Part shown: piece after piece, positions 49,697 through 62,772 of the stretch | Position numbering within the stretch: the first letter of the stretch is position 1 | How the letters are laid out: every line of letters begins with the position of its first letter | Assembly: GCA_051047955.1 (NCBI GenBank) | Contig: JBPGPT010000011.1 | Coordinates: 1 to 64,000 of the forward strand | Direction: 5' to 3' | Length of the DNA: 64,000 nucleotides | Source of the DNA: Cystobasidiomycetes sp. EMM_F5 | Lineage: Eukaryota | Program-made: the position numbers and the translations under genes | Notes under the pieces: model-generated | What the model was told of the DNA's origin: nothing | What the model saw: only the letters and a program-made list of their open reading frames with translations | The model's database searches: none

Positions 49697-51601
49697 ATGT
49701 CCACCTCGTCACTGCTGCGGCAGCCGTTCAAGGCTCTCACTCTGGCCTACGCAAACCGGCAGTCTGCCAAAACGACGACGACGACGACCATGCGCTCTCT
49801 CGGAAAGAAGATGTTTACCGCTATCGGTGCAGTCGAGGACGACTGGCCAATGTACTCTGCCAACCCAGACGACTACGTCTTTGGCGAGCCAGTAGGGTAC
49901 GGAGCGACATCGGTCGTCTACAGCGCGACCTACAAGAACCAGGTCGTTGCAGTCAAGGTCATGGAGATTGACAATATCGCAATGATGCAGAGGGAGGTAA
50001 AGTTGATGTCGCTGTCGAAACATCCAAATGTGGGTTCCGTTTATTTGCCCCTTTATCAGCATGTATGAGATCACGACTGATGCCATTGCTTCTTCAGGTG
50101 CGTGCAATTTGACGCAGCCGAGGCGTCTTCCAGGACTGACAGTATTGCATGCACTCCTCTTGTCACCTCAGGTGAGTTGTGTCAAGTTTGTTACTCTGTT
50201 TGGTCGTGGAAAGTGACGACTTGTACCTTTTGCTCTCACTCTTGCGGCCCCAATCATTGCTCTTGACCTTGCCGCTGTCTCTTGTACTTTGTCTTGTATC
50301 GTCGCAATGGTCTGCCGCTCACACCTCACAACGCTACATGATTCAGATCCTGAGAGTACGAGGAGATTGGGTTACCGGAACATCTCTGTGTATAGCAACA
50401 CGGTTGATTCCGCATGGCTCGTTGCTTGATATTAGTGAGTTCCGTACGCAGATTTGCTATGACTATGTCCTGAAACAGTTTGATCACCTGCCCTCCAGTC
50501 GAATACGGCTTTCAAGACGGGATGGATGAAGTGACGTGTGCAACAATTCTCAAACAAGCAGCCGAGGGTATGCAATACCTTCATGTCAACGGCTGGCTGC
50601 ATCGCGACATCAAGGCAGGAAATCTACTGGTCGATACAGACGGCACAGTCTTGATTTCGGATTTCGGATGCTCCTTTCAGGTGGCAGATCGGGATATGCG
50701 AAAGTCTTTTGTAGGCACTCCGTGCTGGATGGCTCCGGAGGTCGTCGAGCAAAGGCCGTATGATAGTAGAGGTAGGCTTGCTGCTTCATGGCCTCAAAAC
50801 AGCGCCATGGCTCATGTACACGTCTGCATTGCCATCAGCCGACATTTGGTCCTTTGGAATCACCGCTATTGAATTGGCAACTGGCAAAGCGCCCGGAAGC
50901 TTGTATACTCCCGCACAGATACTTTTAAAGACAGTGGCAGAGAACGCTCCGACGTTAGATATTCACGCTCAAGCTCATCCCTTCTCAAAGACCTTCAAAG
51001 ACATGATTGATGCATGCTTGCAAAAGGAGCCCAGCAGGAGGTGTGCGCTTGTAAAATGAACGAGGGCTGTACGGTTACTGATGCTTCTTGAGCTTTGCAG
51101 GCCTGCTTCGGATAAGCTCCTTAATCACGCTTTTTTCAAGCAGGCAAAGAAGAAGCAGTACCTCGTCAACACTATTCTGGCCGACCTACCACCTGTACAG
51201 ACTCGACAAACGCGAAGTTGGTCAAATTGGATATACTAGACACCACTCTTGTACTGATGCTGCTTTGCCTTGTTTCAGGAGCTCGACAACTCTCCGGCAA
51301 GCTATCGACAAGAGCCAACATGTCTGTTTGGGATTTCTCAAACTCGCCTATTGTAGATCAATTTCGCGATTTCTCCATGAATGCGCCACCTTCGACTGTC
51401 GCAACTCCTGTGCACAGTCGCTTTCCATCTGATGCGTTTGGTCCGACAGATGCCATCGACGAGGACAAGGATGCGGTCGCTCCGTTGTCGCCGAGGAATC
51501 GAAAGAGGGCGAGCTTGTCGGTATTACATCGAAGATCAGTGTCGTTCAAGGACATTCCGGAGGTTCTGCCAGAGAACGCAGACGCGAATGATCCTGCATG
51601 A
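49697..51601 (+). CDS. STE20-family Ser/Thr kinase, OSR1/SPAK/FRAY-like
   Basis: [79 protein letters not shown]. Confidence 0.92.
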
Positions 51602-51999
51602 AATAACAAAAACCCCGGCATCTGGACTGGCAAGTCGCCTGCTCTCAGTCAGATTCAGTGGCGAAGCCACCTGTGCGCCGCAAGGTAAATAAGCACCATT
51701 GCTGCCATACAAAGCCCGTGACGACCTCGCCAAGCAAGCGATGAGGAGTAAACTTGGAAGGACACACCATGCAATCACGTAGGCGAAGCTATGTTGCTGC
51801 ACTGACAGTTGCAGAGACAATGACCTGCAGCGGTTCTAAACTTTAAAGTCATTATTCGCTGTCTACTGGCTCGGACACAACGAGAGCTATGCCAGAAGCT
51901 TGCATTACCCCAGAATCATCAACAGCAGTGACCGTTGGATTAGCTATAGCGGAAGCGCCGAGACGCACTGCTTCACTGTATTATTGTCAGCGTAACCGA

Positions 52000-52731
52000 T
52001 CAAAGACATGGCAGATTCTTGACCCACGTCTGAAGTCTACGTTCGAGACGTTGAGCTTGCTCCAGAAACATTTCGGCAGGACGGTGCGGATGGAGCGTGG
52101 TTGGAGACACCGCTGCGGTTATAAGACCTAGGTTCTTGTAGCCTACAGGCGTATGAGGGTCTACGTCAAGCAAATTGATGCAGGATGGCGACCGTGGCTT
52201 TGCATCTTGCGGTACTGCTTTTGCTGGCCCGGAAGTCAGGACTGGTAAAGACGATCCGTCAGCTCCCATATACTATTGTCCAGGTCATACGGCAAAGTCG
52301 TACTATATCCGGCTGGCCTGGGTCGCTTTATGGCCTTGACAGGCACAACAGATGTCATCTTGGTGCTACCAAAAGGATGCTTACGCCTTGAGAAGCTAAA
52401 CATTCGAGAATGGCGGATCGGGCGGGAAGGAGCCGATACTTTGTCCACATTTGCACAAGCTTTGGGTACCACTGGTGCACGAAACGTCTCGTCTGCCGGG
52501 GGCATATTGGCCTTGCTTTTTACTACGTTGACGTTGCTGCTATCCACGATGTTGATCAGATGTAGCACGCTCGTTAGATCCGCTGATGCCGGCTGCCGTC
52601 TTAGCGGCGGCCTGACGGGTGTGCCCGGTGGGCATGAAGCAGCGCGTCTGAAGACATGTGTGAGTCGTTGGTGCATGCAGTCGGGCACCGAAGCCATACC
52701 TGTGCGCAGGTTGCGAAGGAGTCACTAGCAT
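52000..52731 (-). CDS. Possible hypothetical protein, exon structure unresolved
   Basis: The ATG exon MLVTPSQPAHR splices in frame (GT-AG) to the 52236-52697 ORF. No recognisable domain. Confidence 0.25.
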
Positions 52732-53034
52732 GTCACTTCGAATCGCTTGCTAATGCCTTGCACTGCGAGACAAGTACGACCGGAATATAAATGCTTAGCT
52801 TCAAAGTGACAGCAGATAAATCTCGTGCACTAAGTTGAGTGCGCCGGATCTGGCCAAACAAGAGATGGCAAGCGATTGTGCTTGTCCGGTGTGCACATAA
52901 AGGGGACCGGAAGACAAGCGATAGCGGTGTGCTCAAGACGCCGAAGGTGGCTAGCCCAATATCAAGTGCTGCATACAGGATAGCAGTAAGGGGAACCGCA
53001 GATGCGCGTGTGCGGTGAATTTTTAGCCCGTCGA

Positions 53035-56000
53035 TCAGAGTTTGACATCGCTGAGGATTTCAAAACTTGATCTGTCGCTCCTGCCAGACGTGCTGTTTCT
53101 TTTGCTCTGTTGCGCATCAAAGTCCGCCTGTGCTTTTGCCCACGCAGCATTCGCCTCGGCGAAGCCTTCAGGTAGTTCGTCAACTGATGTAGCTTGAGCT
53201 ATTGCATTACGGCCGGACGGAGGATAGGTAGAATCACTGCCTGAAGCACTCTTGTCCTGCCACGAAAGCTTAACGTCGTCGCCGGCTGATGTTACCGTGC
53301 CTTTGGGCGTTGTCAAAGCATTCGCCGATGTTCGCCGCCCCCAAAAGCTGGTGAGAATGCTCGGAGACAGGTTCGCGTTGGCAGACGTTGGTCCTGATGG
53401 CATCGGAGGTGTACGGGGATCGGACGGAGCCAAGCCAGGATTAGGGCTTGGTGACGCAACAGACTTGAACGCCGCAAAGAATGAAGACTTTTCTGGCTTG
53501 TCGGTCTCGGTAGCAGGTGAGGTAAGAGTTACACCGGTCATTTGGGATGCTGCGTTGGCCTTGCTAGAAGCAGATTTTTCAGTATCGATTGGGCTGTTGA
53601 CTGTACTTTCGGCTTTCGCCTTCCCAATTTTGGACCCTAAGAAAGACCCAAAAGAGGTCGCTAAGGATGCGGCCCTGCCACCCACTTCGGCAGCTCCGGC
53701 GATGACTGCCCAGCGAAAGATCAGTGAATGATGCCCCTGAGCAAGGTGTAACAGTCGAGGCTTACCATGGGTAGACAGTAGCTGCTGCGGATTGGTTTGT
53801 GCCAGATCCTTCGACCCATTCGCAGCAGGAGCATCCTGCTCGTCCTTTTTGGCCTGAAAATCTGCTTGGCGTCGAGCAATGTCCGTCTTGATTGATGAAT
53901 AGGCTTTCCAGAACCCTTCGGATCCGGTAGCTATGCCTTTCGTGATGGCCTCCTGAGCTGGCGCAAGTCGCTCGTCTAGGTGTAGATCGTGCAGACTGTT
54001 GGTGAGGCGAATGCCGACATCGTCGATAAGGTGCGCTTGACCTTCGCAGGGATGGCGCGGCTCCACCAGATCGAAAATGACGGGATCGGTATGAGCGTCC
54101 CACAGTTTGAAGGCAGAAGTCTGCCTGATGGCGTTTGTCCAAGCTTCGTTGAAGCTGGATAAGCCAGTAGGATCGTAATTATTGATTAGTACAGCTGCAT
54201 CCTTATTTTCGCGGAGGTAATCGATGAACTTTAACGCCGATAACGCGGAACAGACATATTCCTATAGACCATCGTCTCAGCGTATGTCAAATAAGCCGCA
54301 TCGGAACAAGCAATCTACCTCAAATTTGCTTCGCAGCCAATCATCTGAAGCCCTAAAGCCCATACCAAGCGGTCGATGCGGATCTTGCGGGTTCCAGGTC
54401 GTTTCAATAGTCCGTACAATCTACATACAGAGACAGGCTCAGTATGGCGGGCAAGCCAGGGGTACAACCAGATGTATCGTACATCGTCCATCCACTTTCT
54501 GTCCGCTGGAGTCAGATTGACGAGGCTTGCGATTTTGGGGTCGCGAAATTCGAGGTTGGCGGTGTCGACCTATCGTCATTCACGTAAGCCTGATGCATTG
54601 ATGGCGCGAGACCGGTTTTAATCGACTCACATTCACAATGACATCGATCTGGCAGTCGCGCTGTGATTGAAAGATACTATTTGACGTGCCTACCAGATAT
54701 GACTTTGACTGGAGCAGTTCCAATTGCTGAAGTGGCAGGTAGGGCTGGAAGAATGCGTCCTTCACCGTAGAGTCAGTCTTGTGGCGGTGCTTTGCTTGTT
54801 GCTGTATTGACCTACTTTGCCAAACAGATTCAGAGGCAGACCGATATAGCTCAACAAGCTTTTGCGATCACTTGTCTTGAGAGACGAAGGCTTGGATACG
54901 ACGTTCGCTCGGGTGTCGAGGACCGGAGAAGCAGCATCGTCGAGGCTGAGTAGCAAGACTATTTCATGAAGAATTGGCAATGAGCGGCCAGATCAAGAAG
55001 CGAAAGCATTACACTTACGAGGCACTAGTGATACTAGGGAGTACTGAAAGGCGCATAAGCGTTCGACCTGAGTGCCGAAGAACATGACCTGGAACAAGAC
55101 TGAGACTTGCTTGTTCATTGAGAGGGTCAAACAACCCACCTTGCGTTGCAGCAATAAGAGCTTGAAGAGAATGAGAGTCTGCAGTCGAAACTTCCATACA
55201 AGTTCTCTCAAACTCATGCCCATATAGATTGCCGCTTCGCTCGTCTGATCCTCATCCTGCATTGCGTACTCGAGACTCTTGTGAAACGAGTCGAGTATCT
55301 GTGTATCGTGAAAGTCCTTTTGCGCAAAGAATGCACGCGTGATGACGCCTAGCTTATCGCGTATCGGTCCAAATATAGGCTTGTTGGCTAGTACGACTAC
55401 TGCTTTTTGAACAGTAGACCTCGTCACGTCGGACGAGCGGCGTATCAGATCCTCTGACCGCAGTTGGCGTATACAGGATATTCCATATACTGTCTCTGTC
55501 GACACGTCTGGCAGATACAGATGAAAGCAAGAATAGTCCTCCTCGCGCTGCAAAAGACAGGACGGTCAGGATACAGACGGGCGATCGATCAGAGGGAGAT
55601 GCCGCACAAGATGAGCACCGTCGGGTAATGACAGGAAAGGAAGGTTCTTGACGACAGCATCGAGCTGGCCCAGTGATGCCGGGGATGCGTACTCGACAAT
55701 TGGACCCAGAGAATGGTTGAACCCGACTAGAACCACGCCGTGGATTACCGTAGTTTTGGGAGGCGGATTTGACGAGTCTGCCGACGACGACGTAATGCTC
55801 GTATGGCTGTTGCGGTGAACAGGCTGTATGAGTGCAGGCCTTGGCGCATCTGACGAGTATATTGCAGAGGTGACTGGCGGTCCGAGATTAGCAGACAGAC
55901 TTGATGTAGAGGTTCCAGTATACGGAGGGGAAGTAGACCCGCTTTCGAGGTTCTCGGCCTGCTTTACTTTGTTATCCGGATCATCTTCGCGTGTTGTTGA

Positions 56001-56273
56001 CGGTGCTCGAGCGGAATCTTGTGACCCCGAAGATGCAGGAAACGATATGGAAGTGGGCGACACGGATGACGGCAGTGCTGTATCGACCGCGTCGTCGAAA
56101 GATCTGCGCGATTCCTTTATCGATGTCTGGTTCATTTCGCTGCTGCGCTGTTCCTTGTTCGCGACAGCTTGCGAATCTGCAGTCGGTGCCGCTTCTTCTG
56201 CTTCTACTGGCTGTTGGTTCATTGTATGCTCATGCTCGTTATACAACTCTGCCCCATCAGCATCATCACTCAT
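53035..56273 (-). CDS. AVL9: Late secretory pathway protein Avl9 (DENN-like)
   Basis: VVLVGFNHSLGPIVEY, LPFLSLPDGAH, YGISCIRQL, VTRSTVQKAVVVLA, LGVITRAFFAQKDF, FFQPYLPLQQL. Confidence 0.93.
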
Positions 56274-56734
56274 AGTTAGATGGGGTCGATTGATATGAAG
56301 CAGACGAGTAGCTTCGTCAAATAATGTAAAGAAGATATTGCAGCTTCAGAGCCAGATTCACAGCTCTGAATGACAATGGACAGGTGCATAACAGCACCTA
56401 CGCTGACTGTAAAGTCCGTCAGGTGCGAGGCATTTCAACGTTGTTGCAATTCTGCAACTGACTCTTTCTGATTTTTGGAGCTTGCATGACTTGCATCAGC
56501 GGCCAATACCGTTCACAAGATGTCAACTAATGCTCCACCATGTGTTTGGGCGCTACTGAGTGCTGACATTATTGTTTCACCGTCTCGGCCAACGCAATGA
56601 CCGCTGTAAAGCCGCTATAATCCAGACTGTCTGACGAGTGCACAGCCCGCGAGAAGTGACAGCGACGTGGTCTTGCGAGTCATACTCCATTCCACAGCTT
56701 CTCCCTGTTCCTCTCGGTGTCCTAGTTGCGCATC

Positions 56735-57782
56735 ATGGCGTACGGCCTCATCAAGTACCACAAAGGCAGTGACGAGACTGCTCCAAGCGGGAACCCGAAT
56801 GACTACCTCGTCGAGTGGGACAAGGCGTCTGTTCTGTGGAGACGCGTCGACACCTCGTGGAAGAACCTCGCTGTCGTGAGGGGTTCACAGCTGGCGACGC
56901 GTGATAACAAGAATCACCGCTTGAGTTCTATCGTGTACAACACGGATGCGTTCGGCAGGTAAGGATGATGCTTCAAGTCTCAAGACATCTACTGTGCTGC
57001 GACTGACAAGTTTGTCACACTAGAAAAGCATACTTTGCCGTCAATGGTCATTGCTTCAATTTCCAGTCAAGGGATGGTAATCTCGAAGTTTGGGTAGGTA
57101 GTACGAATATCGATACTCAAGTACCAACACTGTACTGATGACGTGCACTCCACAGACAAGCAGACCTAATATCTCCTCTCTCGCATCGACCGCCTTGCCA
57201 CGTAAGGCTGCTACGTTTGTCAAGGTCAGCAAGACATGCGTACAATGGCAACTAGAGGACTGGGTTGCTACTACCTGTTCGACTACGGAGACAAGTGACG
57301 CTTCACTGATACACGATTCCTTTGCCACCGCCTATCTGGTCTACCGGTCTTTCGTCTTTCGGCCGTGGCCAGGGGAGCGCAATGCTTGGGCAGTCCTGTC
57401 CAAAACAGACTCTCGTTACAAAGTAGACATTGCCGAAATGCTCGAGTCCGGACGCAAAGCTCTGTCTCCCGTCGTTTCTACTTCTCTGCCGACGTCACCA
57501 GCATCTCCTACTCTCTCTTCCGCCCGCAAGAATGGATACACTAAACCGAGCTCGCCTTCCAGTCGCACCTATCGTCGCACATCCAATAGCGGCGTAGCCG
57601 ATACGTCGTATCTGTACGCCTCTAATTATGACGGAGGACATCATCATCATCATTCAAGCGGTGGCGGCCACCACCATCACTCGGGCGGCTACGACGGCGG
57701 GAGCAGTTCTTGGGGAGGAGGTGACGGAGGAGGAGGAAGCAGCGGAGGAGGGGATGGTGGTGGTGGTGGTGGTGGCTGTTGA
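56735..57782 (+). CDS. Hypothetical protein with a His/Gly-rich C-terminal tail
   Basis: The first exon MAYGLIKYHKG...AFG ends at a GTAAGG donor. The last exon ends YDGGHHHHHSSGGGHHHHSGGYDGG...GGGGGGC*. Confidence 0.6.
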
Positions 57783-58393
57783 GCCGCTTTTCTAGGCAGA
57801 TAGCCTGTCTGCTGGTCATATAGTCACCAACGAGCATCAAAGAGTATCTCAAACAAGTTTCAAACGCTCAGAGTGATTTCTCAATGCGCAGGCACTTCTC
57901 TCCTTTCCATTCTAAGTTGTGCTCAGCTAATATGCCTGACAAACAAAATTGGCGACTGGATCAAGGCTCCATCATTTGCTTATCTGGATGGAAGATCAGC
58001 TTGATTCGATGCGGTCTGTTGCGTCATCAGCAATAATGCAGGCAAGCTGCTCAACCTAAGACTATAGTCATACCCGCAGCGGACCTCGGTCAGACGGTAA
58101 ATCCTCCAGAATCCGGCCAAGAGCGCATCACTCGAAAGCATCTTCTGTCTCGCGGTCTGCTAACGCGGGAAGTACCAGACTATGTGTATATTCGTCGCAC
58201 ATCTACCACACCCACTTGCCTTTGTCCTCGTATGCGGGTGTGCACCTCATCGCCCAGGCACTGCCGCCCCGTTGGACGCTGTCATTCAAACTGATTTAAG
58301 CTGATTTAGGCGAACACATGTCTCTTCACTGATCTCATCTTCAATACCTACGATTCAACCAGTCATATATCATAACTCATCCCAACACGCGTA

Positions 58394-59932
58394 ATGGCCA
58401 AACCCCAGCGGGAGCTTCCCGAAGCTGTCACCTCTTTGCCTGTCGAGATGCAGGCAGCCATCATAGCGGCTCTGGACAGTCGTCCACATCTCAAGGCCCT
58501 CAGTCTTGCATCAAAGCAGCTCAATGTCCTGACCGCCGAGGTCTTGCACGCAAATATTAGTTTTGATGAGATGGCACCGCCGACGCGTATGCAGTCTTAT
58601 CTCCAGCACACGGCGCCCCGCTACGGCAACTTATGCAGGACGCTGTCCCTGAGCATGTCGCTCGGACCACTCAACAGCCGAGAGGATGATGTGACTCGAG
58701 CAGATCTCTTTGTTCAATTGCTTCGCGCGACAGCCGAAGGGCGATTGACGACAATACACTTCAACGCAGCTGGTTCCGACATCCGCGACTCTGCTAGCTT
58801 CCTGATGGCAATATCCGCAGGGTACGGAAGTGCAGCAACAGCTAAGAACGTTTCGCTTCGTTTATTGAGCATGGATGCAGCCGAGATGCCCGTTGTCTCG
58901 CACATGTTTGAGCGTCTGTCCAGCGGCAGAGCCTTGCCGATGCTGCAAAGGTTTTCATTAGAAGGCTACTGGAACTTGAGCAACGAGGACAAAACCTCCC
59001 GCAGCTCCATCTTGACCCACTTTATCAAGAGCCTCCAATCAGGCTCGCTGGCAAATCTGGAATCGCTCCGTCTAGCGTATATGCGAATCTCTCGCAAAGA
59101 TCTCTACGACATCCTCAAATGCGTCACCCCCGGCTGTCTGCAGAATCTGGATCTCGACGAGATACACAGCTTATCGCTGAGTGATGCGTGCAATGCACTC
59201 ACACAAACGCCCACGGCTCTGTCTCTGCGGTCCTTAAGATTTCAGCTGAACGCGAGTGAAGAAGGCAGCCTCGACATGACAATCCCAAGCCTGGACGTAA
59301 TCGGACTGCGTCTACCTAGCTTGAAGCACTTGGCTATTGGCATCACACGCTACTTTGTCGAAGTGTCGTCGTTGAGACACGCGGCACCCGACACGGGACT
59401 GATTTCATTCGTTTCGTCCTTCTGTACCGCAGCCACTAGTCAAATCTACCTCCCAGCACTTCAATCAATCACCATATCCGATGCCTTCTCACGGAACGAG
59501 CTCACATCAGCTGCTTTGGCACTTCTCCTGGTGCGTTCAAATCAGAGTATCGCGCCATCACTTGAACGCGTTTGGGGAGGCGAACAATTGACAATGGCCA
59601 CGAGTCCACTAAGCAGCCTAAACGGATTTCCTTCCGCCTCACCGTTCAAGTCTAACCCAGCACCTGCCGCATGTGTACATCATGGACAGGCTCAGATCAA
59701 TGACATCGCCAGGCGGATCTTGAGCATCGCAAATATCCGGCTTTACGATACAGCGAACGGCGAGATATGCTGTTCCGAGCGCAGACACTGCAGTCTCCTG
59801 CTCGATAAGACGCTTAGTACCAATTATTACGGGACAGACGATCCACATGAACACAAATTATGCTCTCTGCATGAGCACCTCGTTCGTCTTGCTGAGGAGT
59901 GGCATACCGAAGTGCCCGACGCGATGCCATAG
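58394..59932 (+). CDS. F-box-like / LRR (RNI-like) protein, intronless
   Basis: 512-aa ORF. LPVEMQAAIIAALD...LKALSLASKQL is F-box-like. Repeated LxxLxL segments (LESLRL, LQNLDL, LRSLRF, LKHLAI). Confidence 0.65.
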   Translation: MAKPQRELPEAVTSLPVEMQAAIIAALDSRPHLKALSLASKQLNVLTAEVLHANISFDEMAPPTRMQSYLQHTAPRYGNLCRTLSLSMSLGPLNSREDDVTRADLFVQLLRATAEGRLTTIHFNAAGSDIRDSASFLMAISAGYGSAATAKNVSLRLLSMDAAEMPVVSHMFERLSSGRALPMLQRFSLEGYWNLSNEDKTSRSSILTHFIKSLQSGSLANLESLRLAYMRISRKDLYDILKCVTPGCLQNLDLDEIHSLSLSDACNALTQTPTALSLRSLRFQLNASEEGSLDMTIPSLDVIGLRLPSLKHLAIGITRYFVEVSSLRHAAPDTGLISFVSSFCTAATSQIYLPALQSITISDAFSRNELTSAALALLLVRSNQSIAPSLERVWGGEQLTMATSPLSSLNGFPSASPFKSNPAPAACVHHGQAQINDIARRILSIANIRLYDTANGEICCSERRHCSLLLDKTLSTNYYGTDDPHEHKLCSLHEHLVRLAEEWHTEVPDAMP

Positions 59933-61061
59933 TGTCAACACACATGCTCAAAAGATGACATCCATACCATGTCAAGTACTGATCAATACGCTGTGTAGCT
60001 TTGATATGCGGTCCTTGCATTGCCATAGTAGTAGAAGACTCCCAGAAAAACAACGATTTCTGCGCTTGTCCATGCATTTAAGAATGTTCGAGAAATACTA
60101 TCTATACGTCCTATCACAGGTCATTGAAGATGACCAACATCTGCTAAATTGCCCAGCGATCTTAGAGTCGCCGGGCAACAAGGAAGAAGATAAAGGTGAT
60201 AGCGAAATTGCTCGATTTATAGGCTTTCTTCGCTTCAGTATTATAATGATGTCCGACGGGTGATATGAAGAGCTGTCGAAGCCGTCCCGCGCACACGATA
60301 AGGATAGAAGCGTGTTGAATTATGGAGGATGGTACAGACAAGCAGATGTAAATTTAGCGAGTCGGTATAGGCGAATGTTCGTTTAAGCAGCGTGAGTGGT
60401 TTGATTTGCATCATATTGACGCTGAGCACTGAAAACCGGTGAGTGTGTGAATGAGAACGTGACTTAGTTGAAACGGACGCATACAACATCAAGCGAATCT
60501 TATGAATTTCCGCTCGCTGGGTGATGCCATCAAATCCCCGACCGTTATAGTCCGCGAGGGCGTGCGACCTTTGCGTGCAGTCTGCATAAGATGTGATTAT
60601 GGGCCAAATGAAATGAAGCAGAACCACCCGAAAGCGTACTCTGCTTGCATTTGTTTATCTTTTTGACCACTCCTGCCGTATAGATGCACGTCTTAGAACG
60701 ATGCTCTAGTCTGCCAAGGCAGAGACGCCCATCGACTCGATCGAGAGAAAGAGGAGGACATCGTCTGCCAAGACGATGACTGGAGTATCAACGAACTTTG
60801 GCTAGGAATGGCTTCGAAAGGGCCAGAGTATGGATGCGCATGTGGAAGGTAAGAAGTCTGATCGTTTGGACGACAAAGCCAGCAGAATAGAAGTGCTTCT
60901 CTCTCTGTCGTGGTAGTATGGCACGTATAATGACAAATCTCATATGTGAGCGTGGAGAAATCAACTCCCTCTGTCGCACGTGCGGCGTTGGCTAAGCGAG
61001 GTGAGTTTCATTGAAACGACAAAGAGCGAGCTACGCCAACAAGGCATGCAGCAGATCATGA

Positions 61062-62772
61062 TCAATCACTAGACCCACCAGACTGCGCATCGTTGGTAGA
61101 GTCGCTGTGATAGTCTTCTTTACCTCCGTTATGGTCGGAATTATGCTCCTCGTTACGCGCGCCGACAGTTGAGACTTCCGAAACCCTGCTGTCAGATCTT
61201 GCTCTTCTAGCTTTTGGCATTTTCGATTGCGAATACACCTTTCCTCCGCGAGGACCTTTTGGAGTAGGGATCGCATGCGGAAATACATCCGAATCTTCCG
61301 TCAGAGAGGATTCTGTGCCATCGATCTGTACACTCAGTTTTCAGTGAGCCTCCTTGTTTCCACAAAGATGGTTGATAGACATGCACATACCAAGTCGAGC
61401 CACATTCGCGCTCCTCGTTCTGTTCTGCTCATGACCCTGGAGTCGCTCAGCATGGCTTCGAGCGGCGTTTGCTCTATACGCAAGTCGGCGTCTACCTCGT
61501 CGTCGTCACCGTAGTCTGCGTCAACGTGCATCTGGCTGTGTCTATCTTCATCCTTCTTGACGCTCCTTGCACGCTCGAAACGCTGATATATAGCGTCCCG
61601 CCTCGCTTCGCAAATATCAACAGCGAGCTGAAAATAGTTTCGCGCATTCACACTACCTGACGGACCACTGTTTGATTCGCGCAGAATGGTAGAAACTGCC
61701 TCCAACGATGGTAGAGGATGGCTCTGCCTTAAACTCAACGGAACATTGGAAACATTTCGATTCTGTCGCTGTGTAGACTGAGATGGAGCTCGCTGTGTTG
61801 CGTTTGACGATGACGAAGAGGATGAAGAAGAAGACGAAGAAGCACTATTCGTCCGCTGTCTTTGCGTGACGACACCAGGATCAGCTGCGGGCCCGCTGGA
61901 CGGAGGGCCAACAGAGGACTCCTCTCTGGATCTTGTGCCTACTAATCGCGACTCTCGTGCTCTTTGCTCAATGAGCTCCTTTTGAGCTACTTTGATGACT
62001 AGTAGACCGGCATAAAAGTGCAGTGATGCAGAGTCGCGAAAGGGATAGGTGGAGAGGGATCTGATGGCAGAAAGTAGCGTTTTGGTTGCATATTGTTATC
62101 AGTAGTGGCGCATAGATATGGTAAATGTAGAGTTTGACGGATCGCAATTTACAGAAGAAAGAAAATACAGGCACCGTCAACAGTGTACCCACACTCCCGC
62201 ATAAGACGTGTAACAACTCACAACTCGAGCTCTGCCAATGCCGCCGACTCTCGACCGCGTTCTGCCATCAAGAGTATCAATTCCTCCATAACCTGAACGG
62301 GTTCCCTGATGCTCTTTGAGTTTGCCTTTCTGTACCTCTTCCTCGAGTGAGTAGCGAGCATGTGACGCAGAAACGCAATCTGAGCTGATGTCTGCGCTTC
62401 CTGGTGTGCCGCGACACTGTGCGCCCTGGCCCTTTCCGCTTGCAGAATTCTCGCCTCGAGCGTGGTTGAAGTCGAGGCGGTGTTGCGAGTATCGGTACCC
62501 GTACGAGTGGGGACGACATCGACCATGCTCACTGCGTCTCGCCAGTCTAGCCCATAGTCGATGCTGCCCTTTGGATCGCGCATCAGCAGCGCCCAAGCTC
62601 TCTTTGCTCTGACGGTATCTCCCCTCTGCAGACATACGCGGTACATATCGTACAGCCTCCGGAGGTCGTTGACCCGAGCAGACTTTACAGTCTCGGGGTC
62701 AATGTGAACATACTTGGAAGCGACGCTCGGTGCGTAGATGGGGGAGTAGGGTGGGCAGGGGATGTGCGACAT
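61062..62772 (-). CDS. RRN11: RNA polymerase I core factor subunit Rrn11-like, 3 exons
   Basis: LRRLYDMYRVCLQRGDTVRAKRAWALLMR and spliced AALAELELSLSTYPFRDSASLHFYAGLL match the Rrn11-family pattern as I recall it. Confidence 0.6.

Noticed and set aside
59950..61050. Short ORFs between the F-box-like and RRN11-like genes
   Set aside because: No coherent exon chain or recognisable motif.
62062..62222. Longer RRN11-like intron with a TTGACGG/CCGTCAA stem followed by ACA, a possible H/ACA RNA
   Set aside because: Only one hairpin and no clear H box; it would need an Infernal/snoRNA scan.
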